Shown here: positions 23,545 to 36,949 of the stretch, one piece after another | Position numbering within the stretch: position 1 is the first letter of the stretch | How the letters are laid out: every line of letters begins with the position of its first letter | Notes under the pieces: model-generated | What the model was told of the DNA's origin: nothing | Database searches by the model: none | The model's input: the letters and a program-made list of their open reading frames with translations, nothing else | Position numbers and translations under genes: made by a program | NCBI GenBank assembly: GCA_010909165.1 | Contig: VJWM01000193.1 | Location: 124,001 to 188,000, forward strand | Origin: Anthoceros angustus | Lineage: Eukaryota > Plantae > Anthocerotophyta | DNA length: 64,000 nucleotides | Reading direction: 5' to 3'

Positions 23545-26500
23545 CTAGCCTCCTAGCGTGCAGCTCGTTGTATCTACTTCGGAAGGAGAATCTTGGCAGG
23601 CGGGCAAGGTGACATATTGACATAGAAAGAGGTCTGACAGGGATTTGCCATGCCTGTCCAGCCTGCGTGAACAAGTGACCCCACCGTCGAGCACGCCTGC
23701 CAGAACAACATTCAAGGCACAAACTCCCCGGACCTGGTATATCTCTATCTGCAGATGGCTGTCTTCCGTTGGTTGCCTGTTGGATGACGACCCTGTGGAA
23801 TGTGGGTCAAGACCTGGCGGAGGGGCGTTACGTTTTTCGCTTTCCAGAAGAGGGTCTGCTACCTGCTTCACCCACTGGGGGGTGATGACCGTCTCTAGCC
23901 TTGGAAGATCGGTTGCACAATGTGGAATCAGACTGACGTTTAGTTGGTTCCCTTTATCTCCTGTTCTGCTGTGTGCAACTTGATACAGAGGGATGCTGAC
24001 GCCTCCAGGAGCAGGTTGACAAGCAGGAACATGCACGTATGTTACACTTGCCGGCTCAGATTTTTGAATGCTAGTTTTGTTGCCTCGGGTGGACCGTTGC
24101 TGATTTGTCTTAGCACATTCGCTAGACCTCATGCTGCTCCTCCATGTTACCTCTTCTCGTGGCACCTGCAATATCCGGTTAGTGGGACAGCCCATGGTAC
24201 AAACAGGTTGATTATGTGCAGACATCAGGCTTTTCTGAGCAACACAGCTCGTACCAGGACCTTGGTCAATAAAATTTGATCCTTGCATCCAGTACTGCAT
24301 AGATCCAAGGGGGCAGTGAGCTTCTTGTCATCCATTTCATTGCCAAAAGTACTGCTTCCAAAACAGATATTTGACGCAATTTGGACGTGATGGTGAGAGT
24401 ACCTGATGCCTCCCCCTCCAGCTGGACCATTGGTGTACAGGGCCTCAAACTCTTCTGTTAGCCTTTGCGCATGGGCTCGTGACTGGAAGAGCCCATCCAT
24501 ACGCAGCCTAACTTCGGAAGCCAGCCCCTCCATACGCTCACTGCCCTTTAATCCGGCCTGAACTCTTGGCCACACTCTCAGGCTGTCTACTCCGATCATA
24601 TATGACAGGATATGCTTACTGCTTCCAGGAATAGCTTCTTCCATCCATGCCCGCACCTGTCTTTGCATATTGAAAATGAGAAACGACCTCTCTTCACTAC
24701 AACCGGTCAATTCTTGGATAAAGCTAACCTTTGTCCTCACCAGATAGTCTCCAGCAGCAGCTCTGTCTTCACAGCACGGGCCTCCGTATGATATTTCTCC
24801 CCAACCTTTCACCCCGCAATGCTGTAAGCCCAAAAGTCCAGCCAGTCAGATATACAGGCGGTGCTCAAGGACAAGTCAAATTGCTGCACTACAGTGACAT
24901 TGATCCGAAAGGTATCTAACCTCTGGTATGAGACGAAGCAGTCTCTCTGGGCACAGTGGGAGAGACGGCCGAGCACCTTTGGCTAGCACCCTGTCCTTAC
25001 TCTGCGGTACGAAGGACACATCTGTGAAGTCAACCACCTGTCCACCATAAGAGAAACGTCAGATCAAACAACCCAGCACACAAGACGCAGTATGTATACA
25101 CGAACTACGATACAACACTACTCTCTCACCACATCGGGTGTGATGTATGAAGCAGGATCTCCAATCTCATACAAGAGTTGCTGTGCACATGTGGCGGCAC
25201 TAAGTTCTCCACCACTGCCAGCAGCTTTGCATAGGATTGTTGTGCCATCCCAGCTGACCTCAGCATAGGGCAAAGAGATGTCAAGTAACTGCTGTATTGG
25301 GAACTTCCTGTGCTGGTCAGCTGCCGAGCCATATCCTCAATCAATGACGTATGTAGTCTACATGCTTACCATCAAGCTGTCTCACAAAGAACAGCAATAA
25401 CAGATGAACAAGAGTAAGGGGACACCAGGGTGCGTGTAGTATCCTCCAGTCAACTGGCAGCCACATTCAAGGAGATGTCCAGCCAAGGTTCCTTGAGCTA
25501 GTAGGTCGAATTGGTCCCAATCCCAACCAAGCTCATATACCTGGACGCCCAGGACAGGCTATTGAGGAATATGCATATCATACCCCTACATCCTTCCGAT
25601 GAGGACTAAGCGCCAACTGTCAAGAGAAGTCCAGAGATTGCTGCTTATTGCAGAGGAGTTTGATCCATCTTACCATTGGTGCTAAAAATAAAGCGGCATC
25701 AGCCGTTCGAGTTGTAAGGATTACATTAGGATTTCCAGACTCCAAAGCATGAAGAATGGGAGCTGCACCAAGGTACGTGCTAGAACCCTGCAAACCCTAT
25801 CAGCTTCAGTGAACTTGTTCACCCAAACATCCAGTACAAAAAACCAAAACTTAGGGAACTTAAATTGCTCACCACAAGACTATCACTGTTTTGTTCTTCA
25901 AAGACCACAGCAACATTCACTTGCAAATTCAGCTCACTTGCTGTCTTCAGGACTTGATTCTGAGCTCCAAGAGGATCAGCTACAACGAGAAAAGATATCC
26001 CTCAGATGACAGAGGTTTCAGAGCATTAAGAGCATTCCATTAACGCCAGGACTTACTTGCACCCATGTTGGTGACAATGCATACTGCCTGGTTCACTGCA
26101 ACAGGCAGAAGCACCTCCATCCATGAAGCAACTGCATACAGGAAAACCGGGTCACCATTGCAGCTCATGACTGCACCACAGGGCAAATGGAAGACAACGT
26201 CAATTCTTGACGGTATGGCCGGAATAGCTAGTACTTCGAGGATCATAGCCCAGGCCCCCATCGGCCATTGCATCGAACCGGTTTGCAAGAGTCCGTTCAG
26301 CTAGACACTCGAGCACGAGGTAATCCAAGTTTGGGACTCGGTTCAGCAGCTTCAGTGCAGCAGCAATCCTGTCTCCAGCGAAACCAGCTCCACATCCTAC
26401 GGTGACTGTGTGCTTGCGTCGGATGGGATTTGGCCTCTGGAAAGATGCAACACCGTGAACAGCTGTGTGGAGGCACTCCTAGTACTACTCAGCGTGTGAA

Positions 26501-26566
26501 TTGCACTCTTCTTACGGATTTCACCCGAGAGTCTCTTGCAGGCCCCGCATCCCTGGAGTCAGTCAT
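23545..26566 (-). CDS. Acyclic terpene utilisation AtuA / DUF1446 family protein, multi-exon
   Basis: VTVGCGAGFAGDR...LDYLVLECLAERTLA...GYDPR, WMEVLLPVAVNQAVCIVTNMGA, EVRLRMDGLF, EALYTNGPAGGGGI and C-terminal LYQVAHSRTGDKGNQLNVSLIPH...RRLDRHGKSLS. Start ATG 26566 inferred from splice phase. Confidence 0.9.
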
Positions 26567-26835
26567 CGTACAAGCTCACTCTGGTGCCCGCTCTTGCATA
26601 CGCCAAAGGCTGAAGAGGATTCTCGGAAGTTTTGTCAGCGGGGATACCACGCTTTTCTCGCGACGAGGAATGATCGAACTGCCGAGGCAGGAGCAGAAGT
26701 TTAGAACCGTGAGATAAATCAGACAGCAATTCCGAAGGACACTTTGATAATCGGATAGCAAGGCGAAGCTGCGGAAGAACAGGAGAATTGAAGGTCTGGA
26801 ATCACACTGAATGACAATGTTGGAGGCATCCTAGC

Positions 26836-28520
26836 GGCAGTGAGCTTATTCTTGTCATCAATTTCATTGCCAAAAGAATCGACAACAACAACAATAATAA
26901 TAGTTGAGATTTTTGCTGTCTCTTACCCTGATACCGACCCCTCCAGCTGGACCATTGGTGTACAAGGCCTCGATCCTTGTGTTAGCCATTGCGCATGAGC
27001 TTGTGACTGGAAAAGCCTATCCATACGCAGCCTAGATCGTGACTGGAAAAGCCCATCCACACGCAGCCTAACTTCCGAAACCAGCCCATTTATATGCTCA
27101 GTGCCGTTTACTCCAGCCTGAACTCTTGGCCACACTCCCAGGCTGTCTACTTCCATCATATGTGACAGGCTACCAGCAACAGCTTCTTCCATCCACGCCC
27201 GCACCTACCTCTGCATATTGACGAGAGAAACAATTTGTCTTCATGTGTTCTACAGTACAGCCATTTGATTCTTGTCCAACCTGTGCCCTCACGAGGTAGT
27301 CTGCAGCAGCAGCTCCTCTCTCTTCATAGCATGGACCGCCATGTGACGTTTCTCACCAACCTTTCACACCGCAATGCTGTAAGCCCAGAAGTCCAGCCAA
27401 TCAGATATACAGGTGGTGCTCAAGGACAAGTCAAATTGCTGCATTAGAGAGACATTGATCTGAAAGGTCTATCACCTCTGTCTGGTATGACACGAAGAGG
27501 GCTCTCTTGGTACAGTAAGACGGCCGACCACCTTTGCCTAACACACTGACCTTGATCTGTGGTTCGAAGGACACGTGTGTAAAGTCAACCACCTGCCCAC
27601 CGGAAGAGCAACGTCAACTTCCATAACCTACCACACAGGAGCAGAGGTATGTGTACACGAACTACTACACAATTCTCACCACATCAGGTGTGATGTATGA
27701 AGCAGGATCTCCAATCTCGTACAAGAGATGCTGTGCACATGTGGCGACACTAAGTTCTCCTCCAGTGCCAGCAGCCTTGCGTAAGCCAGTTGTGCCATCC
27801 CAGCTGACATCAGCATAGGGCAATGAAATGTCATGTGACTGATGTATTGGGAACTTCCTGTGGTGATCAGCCTCTGAGCTATGTCCTCAGTGACTTGCAT
27901 ATGTAGTGTACATGCTCACCATCTAGTTAATGTCTCACAAAGAAGGGCAATAACAGATGTACAACAGTAGAGGGACACCAGGGTTCGTACTGTATCCTCC
28001 AGTCAGCTGGCAGGCACATTCAAGGAGGTGTCCAGCCAAGGTTCCTTGAGCTAATATGTCATATACCTGGACGCCCAGGCATAGGCTATTAAGGAGTATA
28101 CATACAGAATGTTCGTCAGTATTTGGATGAACAAGTTCAATGCAACTGACAAGATTTTGCAGGGTTCCAGCTCGTACCTTGGGGAAGATCCCATTGTTCA
28201 AGCTTTGCGTGTCGAGGTACTCAAGTGGTGCTTAGGATGTGAATTACACTCGATCTTGCCGACTGAACCCGAGAGTCGCTTGCAGACCCAACATCTCTGG
28301 AGTCAGTCGTTGTAGAAGCTCACTCTGGTGCCTCCTTTTAACTACGCCAACGGTGTTGAAAAGGGTATCAAAGGTCACCGGCGTAAATATCACGCTTTTA
28401 TAACGACTAGTCTAGAGGCTTGAAATCTGAGCGAGGCAGGAGCAGAAATTTAGAACAAATCTGATAGCAATTGCGAAGGGAACTTTGATCATCGAATAAC
28501 TACGAAAGGACGGTGGAACA
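26836..28520 (-). pseudogene. Decayed tandem copy of the AtuA gene, including its promoter region
   Basis: Blocks homologous to 24330-24960, 25040-25600 and 26520-26760. The start context atgactgactcc reads acgactgactcc (ATG>ACG). The GCGAGF exon and the final exon are missing, and frameshifts are present. Confidence 0.85.
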
Positions 28521-28640
28521 ACAGCTCAGGGATCACGATGAAAGATACAGTTTTGCCAGCAGGTTGGCTTGTTCAGGAATGACCATGGCAGAGATTTTCC
28601 TGGCAACCTCTCCGCAGGGACCAAGGGTCTTAAATGGCAG

Positions 28641-31600
28641 ATGCAAACTACCGCCGCGAAAAGCACTAGCGTGCAACAAGTCCTTCACTATCAATCTCTT
28701 AAGACGTCGTCCAGCTGCTGCCAGGAGATTGGCATGGTGCAAAAGAGGTGCGCTTCTGCAGACAAAAATGCTATGTGTGCATTGGAGGTATTCTGAATCC
28801 TATCTGAATTTGACAGTGTAGCAACTGCTAGTGGTGTGAACCTGCCAAGTTCAATGCAGTGCAGGAAGGTGGGATAAAAGCTGACCAGCGAAAACATCAT
28901 GAGCTACTCGGTCGAAGCAGGACCCGATCTGAGAAGAAGGTACTCCTTCTTGCTCACCCTTTACACCAGCGTTAGCTCGAGTTGGTCGGTGTCCACAAAA
29001 AGTATATTGGATCTCATGGATACTTTCGTGCTTGAGAAGGTGGGCGAATTAAAAGAATCTGATCTCTTTGACCGCCAACTATTGGAGACGTTCCCTAAGA
29101 AAGAGCTGCAAGGGAAGGTTGTTATGGTCCGTTGTGACCTGAATGTGGTCTTCAAAAATTTTAAAATTGTTGATGAAAACTTCCTGCTCATGGTACCCAC
29201 TATCACCTATTTGGCTGAGGTTGGCTCAAAGGTGGTCCTTCTGAGTCATTGGACTGTATCAGAGGGAAACAAACAGACCTCATCAATTGCAGGTGTGGTA
29301 TAGGATGCTTTGCTGTGTATGTACTTGAGTCCACATGAACATTTCACATCATGGAGCCTCATTCCGCGCAACCTTGTCACTCATCTATTGGGATGTGTTA
29401 GTCATGCAGATGCACTATCTCGCCTTCTAAAGCGAAGAATTCTATGGACAACCCATGCTGTTGGGGAAGAGGCAGAGGAGAAGATCAGCAGTATGGATAA
29501 TGGAGAAGTGCTGTTGCTTGGAAATATGAAGCAGTACAAAGGCGAATATGCCAATGATGCAGCCTTCTCCAGAGCTTTGACAGCCAAAGTGGACCACCTT
29601 GTCAATGATGCTTTCTGTGTGTCTCATAGAGTGCTTGCATCTACAGTGGGAGCAGCTTCTTTTACATGTGCCAGACTTGCAGGTCTACAGCTTGCGAAGG
29701 AGCTTCTCTTTTCACAAAATATTCTTCAGAGTCGCATACATCCGTTTGTAGCAATTGCATGTCCTTTTCCTTCCAAACTGATAAATCTTTGCTTCGCACG
29801 AGTGCTATCTTTGTTCGAGCATCACATTCAGAGGGCTGCTAGTTACATGCAGTACAGTTACATGCTATCAGACCAGCTATGGTAAACTCAAGGTGAGCCC
29901 TTTACTTTGCAGATTGGAGGCGGGAAGCTGTCAGATAAAGTGGATGCTCTTCATCAACTGCTCTCTCGGTGCGACAAAATCTTTGTCACTGGAGCCATGG
30001 TGTTTCCTCTGCTTGAAGCAGCTGGTTTGCCAGTGCCTGCATCTTGTACAGAGCGACACATGTTGCCAGAAGCTTTAGAACTTCTAGATTCAGCTCGTGA
30101 CAACCAGGTTGAGCTTGTTCTCCCAAAGGATTTGATGCTTGCCAAGGACAATGCATCACATCTCACCACCAACATCTCAATCTCTCAGTCAGTCCCACAT
30201 GGTGCGTTCATATTCGTTGCTTCGCGTCTTTGGAAGATCAGTTGTTGGCAAGTGCCATGATCCTGTGTTCTCCTTTACCGCCTCACAGTTCTAGCGCTAT
30301 GTGCAGGGTGGCAGCCTGTAGATCTTGGACAAGAAAGCTTGGACGACATAGCTAACTCCGTTAGGCAGAGCAAGGTCTGCTTCGGCTGTTTTCTGTTCCT
30401 GACACCTGTAAAGGACAACAGTTTCACAAACTGACACATTCTTGTTTGCACATATGCCCATCGCTGCAGATGGTTCTCTGGTTTGGTCCTTGTGGAATGG
30501 GCCATGCCGCAGGTTCTACCACAGGACTGCTGTCACTTGCAAGGGTTATATCAAAGCAAAGTGCACAAGGATGTGTCACAGTTGCCGGAGGAAAAGACGT
30601 CGTCAAAGGACTAACAGAGGCAGGCGTGATCAGCATGATCAGCCACGTATCCGTATGTGGAGCAGCGTTTTGGCAGCTGCTGAAGGGACGTACACTTCCA
30701 GGGGTTGCTGCTCTCGATCCAGTTAAGACCTACATCTTGATCGTAGAGTGTGCTTTGTGCTGCACGGTTGTCCATATGTTCTGCTATTGTAGATGGAGTA
30801 AGAAGTGCTTTGTTTCCGCCTCTGATGAGTCTGTCCTTACCCTCAACATTTAGGCGGCACCCACTCCTCCAGACTGGGAAAGAGTCTACAAGGACCCATA
30901 CCTCCCCCTGACTGTGGATATTGGGTGTGGTGAGAGTTGTTCCTTCAAGTCTGTTTTCTTCCTTGGCCGTTCAGGAAGTTCATGTATTGGAAGAGAAAAC
31001 AGCTGTCGTAGTCTCTGGCAGGTAACGGGCTGTTTATTCTGAAGATGGCAGGCAGCTTCAGTTCGAGAAATTTTCTTGGGTTGGAAGTTTTTCCGAAGGT
31101 AAGTAACTTACCCCTGTAAGTCCTCCCGATTACAAAGCTTGCTCAGGCAGCAGATCAGCATCCAGCTAGCACAGCCCACTGATAGTTGCATGTTACTGCA
31201 GTTAGTTGAACGATGCGCTGATTCTGCTCAAGCCGACCAACTCCTTAACGCGTGAGTAACTTTCGAGTAACCGAGCCTTTCTTTGATTCGCAGTGTTTTT
31301 TGGAGGATTCCTCTCATTCTGAGCGTGTCTTGCGGTATAGACATTTCATAGCTGCAAACGCCACCTCGTCCTACAACAGGATAATTGCCTCCTATCCTGG
31401 AAACGTCTCTCTCGTCACCATACAGGTAAAGAAGACCGTCAAAACTGTGCACACCAGACGCCCCGCCCCGCCCCACATCCAGGCTCTTGTCTCACACATT
31501 CCATTCATGCAGTGTCCGGACCCTAACTTCAGCAAACCAGATAGCCGCTGGAGGATGGTGCAGAGACAGCTTGTGGAAGCCATCGCCTCAAGTCTGAGTC

Positions 31601-31920
31601 CTGGAGGCAAGGTAACGTTCTTCCCAACGCGGCATATGTGAACGAACGCTGGCCATCATGGACAACACACCTTGATAGCCCCTTCCGGCATGCAGGTATT
31701 CCTCCAATCCGACGTGAAATCCGTGCTGGAAGCCATGATGCAGGAGTTCAGGCTCCATGGGGGAGGAAGATTCACACTCAGCTCCGAACACCTCACGCCA
31801 ACCGCCTGCGACGAGAACGGATGGCTGAACTTCAACCCCCTGGAAGCATCGACAGACTGGGAAGATCACGCACTGGAGCGCGGCGACCGGATGTTCCGAG
31901 TGCTCCTCTCTAAACTTTAG
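28641..31920 (+). CDS. Fusion gene: degenerate phosphoglycerate kinase-like domain plus TrmB-type tRNA (guanine-N7) methyltransferase
   Basis: PGK-like: GKVVMVRCDLNV, KVVLLSH, VNDAFCVSHR, IGGGKLSDK, LVLPKD, DLGQES, LLKGRTLPGVAALD. Phase-0 intron 30722-30853 then joins TrmB exons 30854-30929, 31022-31098, 31202-31251, 31341-31425, 31513-31611 and 31696-31920 (VDIGCGNG, GLE, ANA, CPDPNF, VFLQSDV, TDWE). The N-terminal exons are uncertain. Confidence 0.85.
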
Positions 31921-32073
31921 CTTCATTCAACGTTCACACGTGAAGTAAAAAGAACAAGTCTGTTAGAGTCCACCCGGATGGAATTAAATTCTCCAAACTT
32001 TAGCTTCCTTCAACGTTCACACGTGAAGTAAAAAGAACAAGTCTGTTGGAGTCCACCCGGATGGAATTAAATT
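31912..32073. repeat. Tandem duplication, ~83-bp unit x2, overlapping the TrmB stop codon
   Basis: aaactttagctt.ttcaacgttcacacgtgaagtaaaaagaacaagtctgtt.gagtccacccggatggaattaaatt occurs twice. Confidence 0.9.
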
Positions 32074-32490
32074 TTCCTATCATGGGACCTAAGCTACTAG
32101 CACAGGGGCATCCACGGACCCCATCTAAGTACCGAACGAAGCCCAAGAAGGACGTTCTTATAAACTTAAAACGGTGAGTATAGGATGAAAGTACATTCTA
32201 ATTGCCTAGGTAGTTAACTACCAACATAAATCAAACGCGAAAGTTGGGTTTCTATCTGCGAATTCTATGGTGAGGTTAGGACGATATCAGGAATCCAGTT
32301 CAGTTATGACTACCTAGTTAGCGACTTGCAACTCGGCCCTTTCGGCATCGTTGGGCTGTTGGGCCTGGACATTCCGGAATCTGTATCACCGGCCAGCAAC
32401 CCACCCAGTGGCCAGTGGTAAGTTCCCCCGGAAACAGCTGCGCCTTGTCCACGTGCTACATATTGAGGTCCATTCCTTCAGCTATGGGAT

Positions 32491-35400
32491 TTAGTTCTCG
32501 ATCCCCTCCCCTGGCCACTTCGGATACACTCGCTTGTACAAGCTCAGGCATGCAGAATCCCGTTGCTGAATCACTCCGTCAAATGTGCATTTCATCGCTC
32601 CTATAAACATAACACGAGTAAGCTTCGACTGAACCACAAACAAATACTATCATAATCAAGCTCGAAGCCATTGAGGAAGGACTGTCAAACCATGTGTTCC
32701 AACAGGTTCGATTATCCGCCCACGCCTGCCATACTTTGTCCATAGTTCCACTGGCTGCAAGGTCGGGAAGCACACAGGTTTGAGTCACACAACAAAGCCC
32801 ATTCGACGCGTCACACACCTTTTGAGATGAATTGAAGTTCCAGTTACCTTGAACCACCGAACATCCTCAGGGTTATGAAACATGAACCGTATCACAGCCT
32901 TCCGCTTGTGCACTCGTTGTGGGTACCTGCCAAAAACGTGTCAGCATCACTTGCTCCGGCCCTACATGGGCCTGAGCCACATGCAACTTCAAGCGGTCCA
33001 CTATGGCGAGTTACGAAAACTATACCCTGAAAGAACGATCTTCTTCAAAATGATTCGGTCAGGATCCACATTCTTCAAGTGTCCCGAAGCAACCATCTCT
33101 CTCATTCCCTGTCCGTCATCCTTCAGCAATATCACGGGAGCAGGAGGAAAAGTAATTGGGGCATAGGCACTAGCCACTAGGAACTGTCCTGCACTTAAGA
33201 ACCTTTCAAACTTGTGTTTATTGGCATTCAGATTGTCTGCAGAGAAAATGGGCCTGCATCCAGAAAGCATGTTAATACACATATGAGACGAATCCCCTTG
33301 AAAACAAAGAGAGAACAAGGTGGGAGAGGCAAACCTGGCGGTAAACTGCCGGAAACCTGCATGAAATGTTAGCTTATCCTTGGACCTGATCTTGCTTTGA
33401 CATATGTCCGTCATCTTGATGCTACATACACACAAGCTCCAATCAAATCAGACCACACCAGCACAAACCAGTAAACAGTAATCCTGAGTGTACAGGAAGA
33501 CATCTAACCTGAAGTGGACAACGGACATTTTGGATTCATGCTTCAACAACCCGCAGGCAACATTAAATCTCCTGTCTTTAGATGCCAACAGGTTTCGGGC
33601 TGGACCAGAGGGCACACCAGATAGGTGGACTCGCACAAAAGTGCCAGCAGTCACACAGCCCGATCCGGAACCCTGTTCAACCTCCTCAGCCAGTCTCAAA
33701 ACATGCTTTTGAGTCCTCTGAAAATTTTGGAATGCAAAAATTCTTGCATAATCTGGAGGTAGTGTCTCCTGTGCAACAAAAGAACTGGTGTAAAATTGCC
33801 CATAAATAACAAGGAAACAAAGCCCCAAACAATTTGTTCCATCTCGACATCTACTTCAGCATCTGAATACATGAAACAAACCTTTGGATCCCAGGGCGAT
33901 GTTCGAAACGATTTCAAGCCCCTATACTTTGCAAAACGTTGTCTTGCAGGAACATCCGTTGGAGTGTCCACATCATCTGGAAATTCTGCAAGGCTCATTC
34001 ACAGGAGACACAGTCAGCACCACATTCCCAACCAAAAGTTGATCACTCACAGCGCCCTCTGCACAAGATTTTCATCGAATCCAATCCACACGGAACTTGT
34101 CTGTTTACCTTCATCTGTTTGTCGGGCAGCTTTCAGCCGCTGAAGTTCCGAATCCCGTTGAGCTGCAGTTTGCTCATTCTCCTGAAGGAAAGAAAAATTT
34201 ATCCTCAACACATGCCAGTATACATCACCAGGAGAGCTGCAACAATTATACTCACCATCATCTCACTCTGCCCATCTTCATCATCCCAAACAGAAGATGG
34301 AGGCCTTTTGATGTCACTCGCACACTCTTCTGAAACATGACCATCCTCATCACCATCTTCCTCCATTTCCATTTCGGCCACACCAGCCATATCTTCATCT
34401 CCATCACCAGTATCGTCTTCAGCTTCAGAGTCAGAGACCTCATCCACATACCAAGATGCCTGCACAACAGAGACAAGGTAACCCCAAAATTTAAGACTTG
34501 CATCGCAGGAGCTACAAAGAAAAAACTACGCAAATAGCTTCAAGGGCAGAGATAAGCAGTGCACATTCACCTGGTACTTTGACGTCCCCACAGGCAACAA
34601 CTTTCTCTGTGATCTACGAGAAGCTGTACTGTTCGCTTCGGCCAGCTCCATCTCGGTTGGCCATGTCTGCAACCAGTCATATCTTGTCAGGGGCTGGACC
34701 CTTGCCATCACAGACTGCCATGATCACTCTTAACTCACCCATTTACCTGCTCACCAGCCAGGGGGTCTGGGACATTCGTGATAATCAGAGGTTCTTGTAG
34801 TTCAGGGTTGGGGGTCAGAGAAGTCAATGCCTGCAGACAGCCACACAGAGCACCAACACATTAAAGAATGGCGGAGCAAGAAAGGAACAGGAGGAAAACA
34901 AGTAACCGGTTATGCAATAAGGCAACCTTAAGGGGCAGCTCATCGACAAGCATGGCATCGTCTGTCACTTTGGATTTCCTCTGCCTTGCAGACAAGGGGA
35001 AGGGATCATCCATGACATCTATTTTCGCTATTTGAAAGTCTCCAATTGCTGCAACATGGACCTGTTTCCAGAAGCAATGAGGGGAAAAACAGAACAATCT
35101 ACTAATGACCAGGGTAACTATCACAATGAAGAGTACATGGAAAAGACATGAATGTGACTACCAGTTGATTGACAGAAAGCGCTCGCCCTCGCACATATCC
35201 AGAGAGGGAAAGAGTCCCTCTGTCTGGTTCGACAGAATCTTCAACATAGTCTAGCTGCACCCACACAGAACGACCTGAGTTTAGGACTTATGCAGTGGTA
35301 GTGACAACGAAAAGCGAGCACAAGTGAATCACAGAAGAAAGGAAACCTGTTGGGCGAGAATGTAGGGCCGTTGGCTGCGCCATACTGGTTGGGATACTCG

Positions 35401-36782
35401 GTGCTCAGCCAAGTGTCTAAGCAGCTGGTGGACAAAAATCAGAATGAGACAGGTGAGGGAGCGAGTGAAAAAAAAGAGATCCAAATCATGTGCGCAATGG
35501 CACAGGACGATAAAACTGCAAAGTGCCTCAGTGGTGGAACACAGACTTGGTGGTAATCAGAAACACTGTCCGTTGAGAAGATTTTTGAGTCATCGAGCAG
35601 TTCCCCTAGCAAAGCTGTTGTGGCTGCTTTCTTTATGTCAGTTCGCTTCTTGGCCGGGACGTTGGTGAGACCCTACAAAACGGCTGAGCTGTAATACAAC
35701 CTCAGGATTGATTACGGTGTGAGACGAGGTTGACAGGGTAAGAGGCATTCACAGAAGCCCACCAGTATAAAGCCGATAGACGAGGGAAAACCTTGTGCCC
35801 TCAAAATAGAGAGACGCATTTTCCCCTCAGCATCAATATAAGGCTCCTCATGGTCTGCGGCAGTCACGAACGCAACTATGTCCGACACCTGGATAAAGCT
35901 GACAGTGGTGAGCACTGGTAAAGTAAGCTATTGCTTTGCCAGCAGGTCAAACGAAGAGAGGCAGGCCATGAACGGTGCCCACCTTGGCAACCTCCAAAAT
36001 AGCCTCGATGTCCTCAGTCGGCGTGGCTACCACCTGCATGTCACATGTGGCAAAGGGGCCAGCGTGGTGATGATCGGGCTCGGCAAGAGTAGCGAAACAT
36101 GTAAAACTCGAAAAGGAAGGAGCATGGGCACACCGTCAATCTGATTTTATGTCTGGAACTAGGCTTAGTGGGGAGGTGTCGAAAAATGGAAGCAGGCACA
36201 TGGTCTTCCTCCTCCGAACACGCTGCCAGTATCCCATCCTTCAGCGGCTCCAAGTCGACTTGCGACGACAGCGCGACCAGAGCCTGCGACAGAGTGGATG
36301 AGCGAGTGATCACGAGAAACAGCTACAACGTCAATATCAATAAATCTGATTTTACCAAAACGCGAGGGGGAGCCCCATCGGCGGTACTGGACCTCTTCTC
36401 CGCGAGCACTTGGGCTCGCTTCATGTTCCGCACCTGACCACATCATAGTACAGGAATGACGATACGGCAGACAAGGATACCGCCCAAATCAATCCAATCC
36501 CCCTAAACCCAGAAAAAAAAAAACCCACATCTTTGTTGCGCTGGAGTCTCAAGGCTCTGGCAGCTGGGGCAGCGGAAGCCAGGCGAGGAGGAGCCTTACT
36601 GGCATTCCCAGCCTCTGCAAACAAGAACGCAGCTAGGTCAGGCCTCAACGAGCAGAACGGATCCTGAAATCAGCCGAATCGAGGAAGAAGAACCAACCTT
36701 TGTGCACACGACGTGACGACTTGGAAGCAAAGCGAGTCTTGTGAGCCTTATTCCTCTGCGTTCCACCCAGTGAGGGAGCCAT
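32491..36782 (-). CDS. TSR1: Pre-rRNA-processing protein TSR1 (40S biogenesis factor), multi-exon
   Basis: Starts [28 protein letters not shown]. Contains [71 protein letters not shown] and [14 protein letters not shown], ending [30 protein letters not shown]...*. Confidence 0.95.
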
Positions 36783-36949
36783 GATCGGGCGCCTCTGGAA
36801 GAACGAACTCCGTTTCCTCAGCAAGGAAGAATTCCTTTTACTCTCTACATATGTCTACATACATATGTAGTAGTCGACGTCAAAACTATCGAGACTGATA
36901 CGGTCGATCGAGTAAATATATACATACCTTTACCGCCTAGACTGGTATG

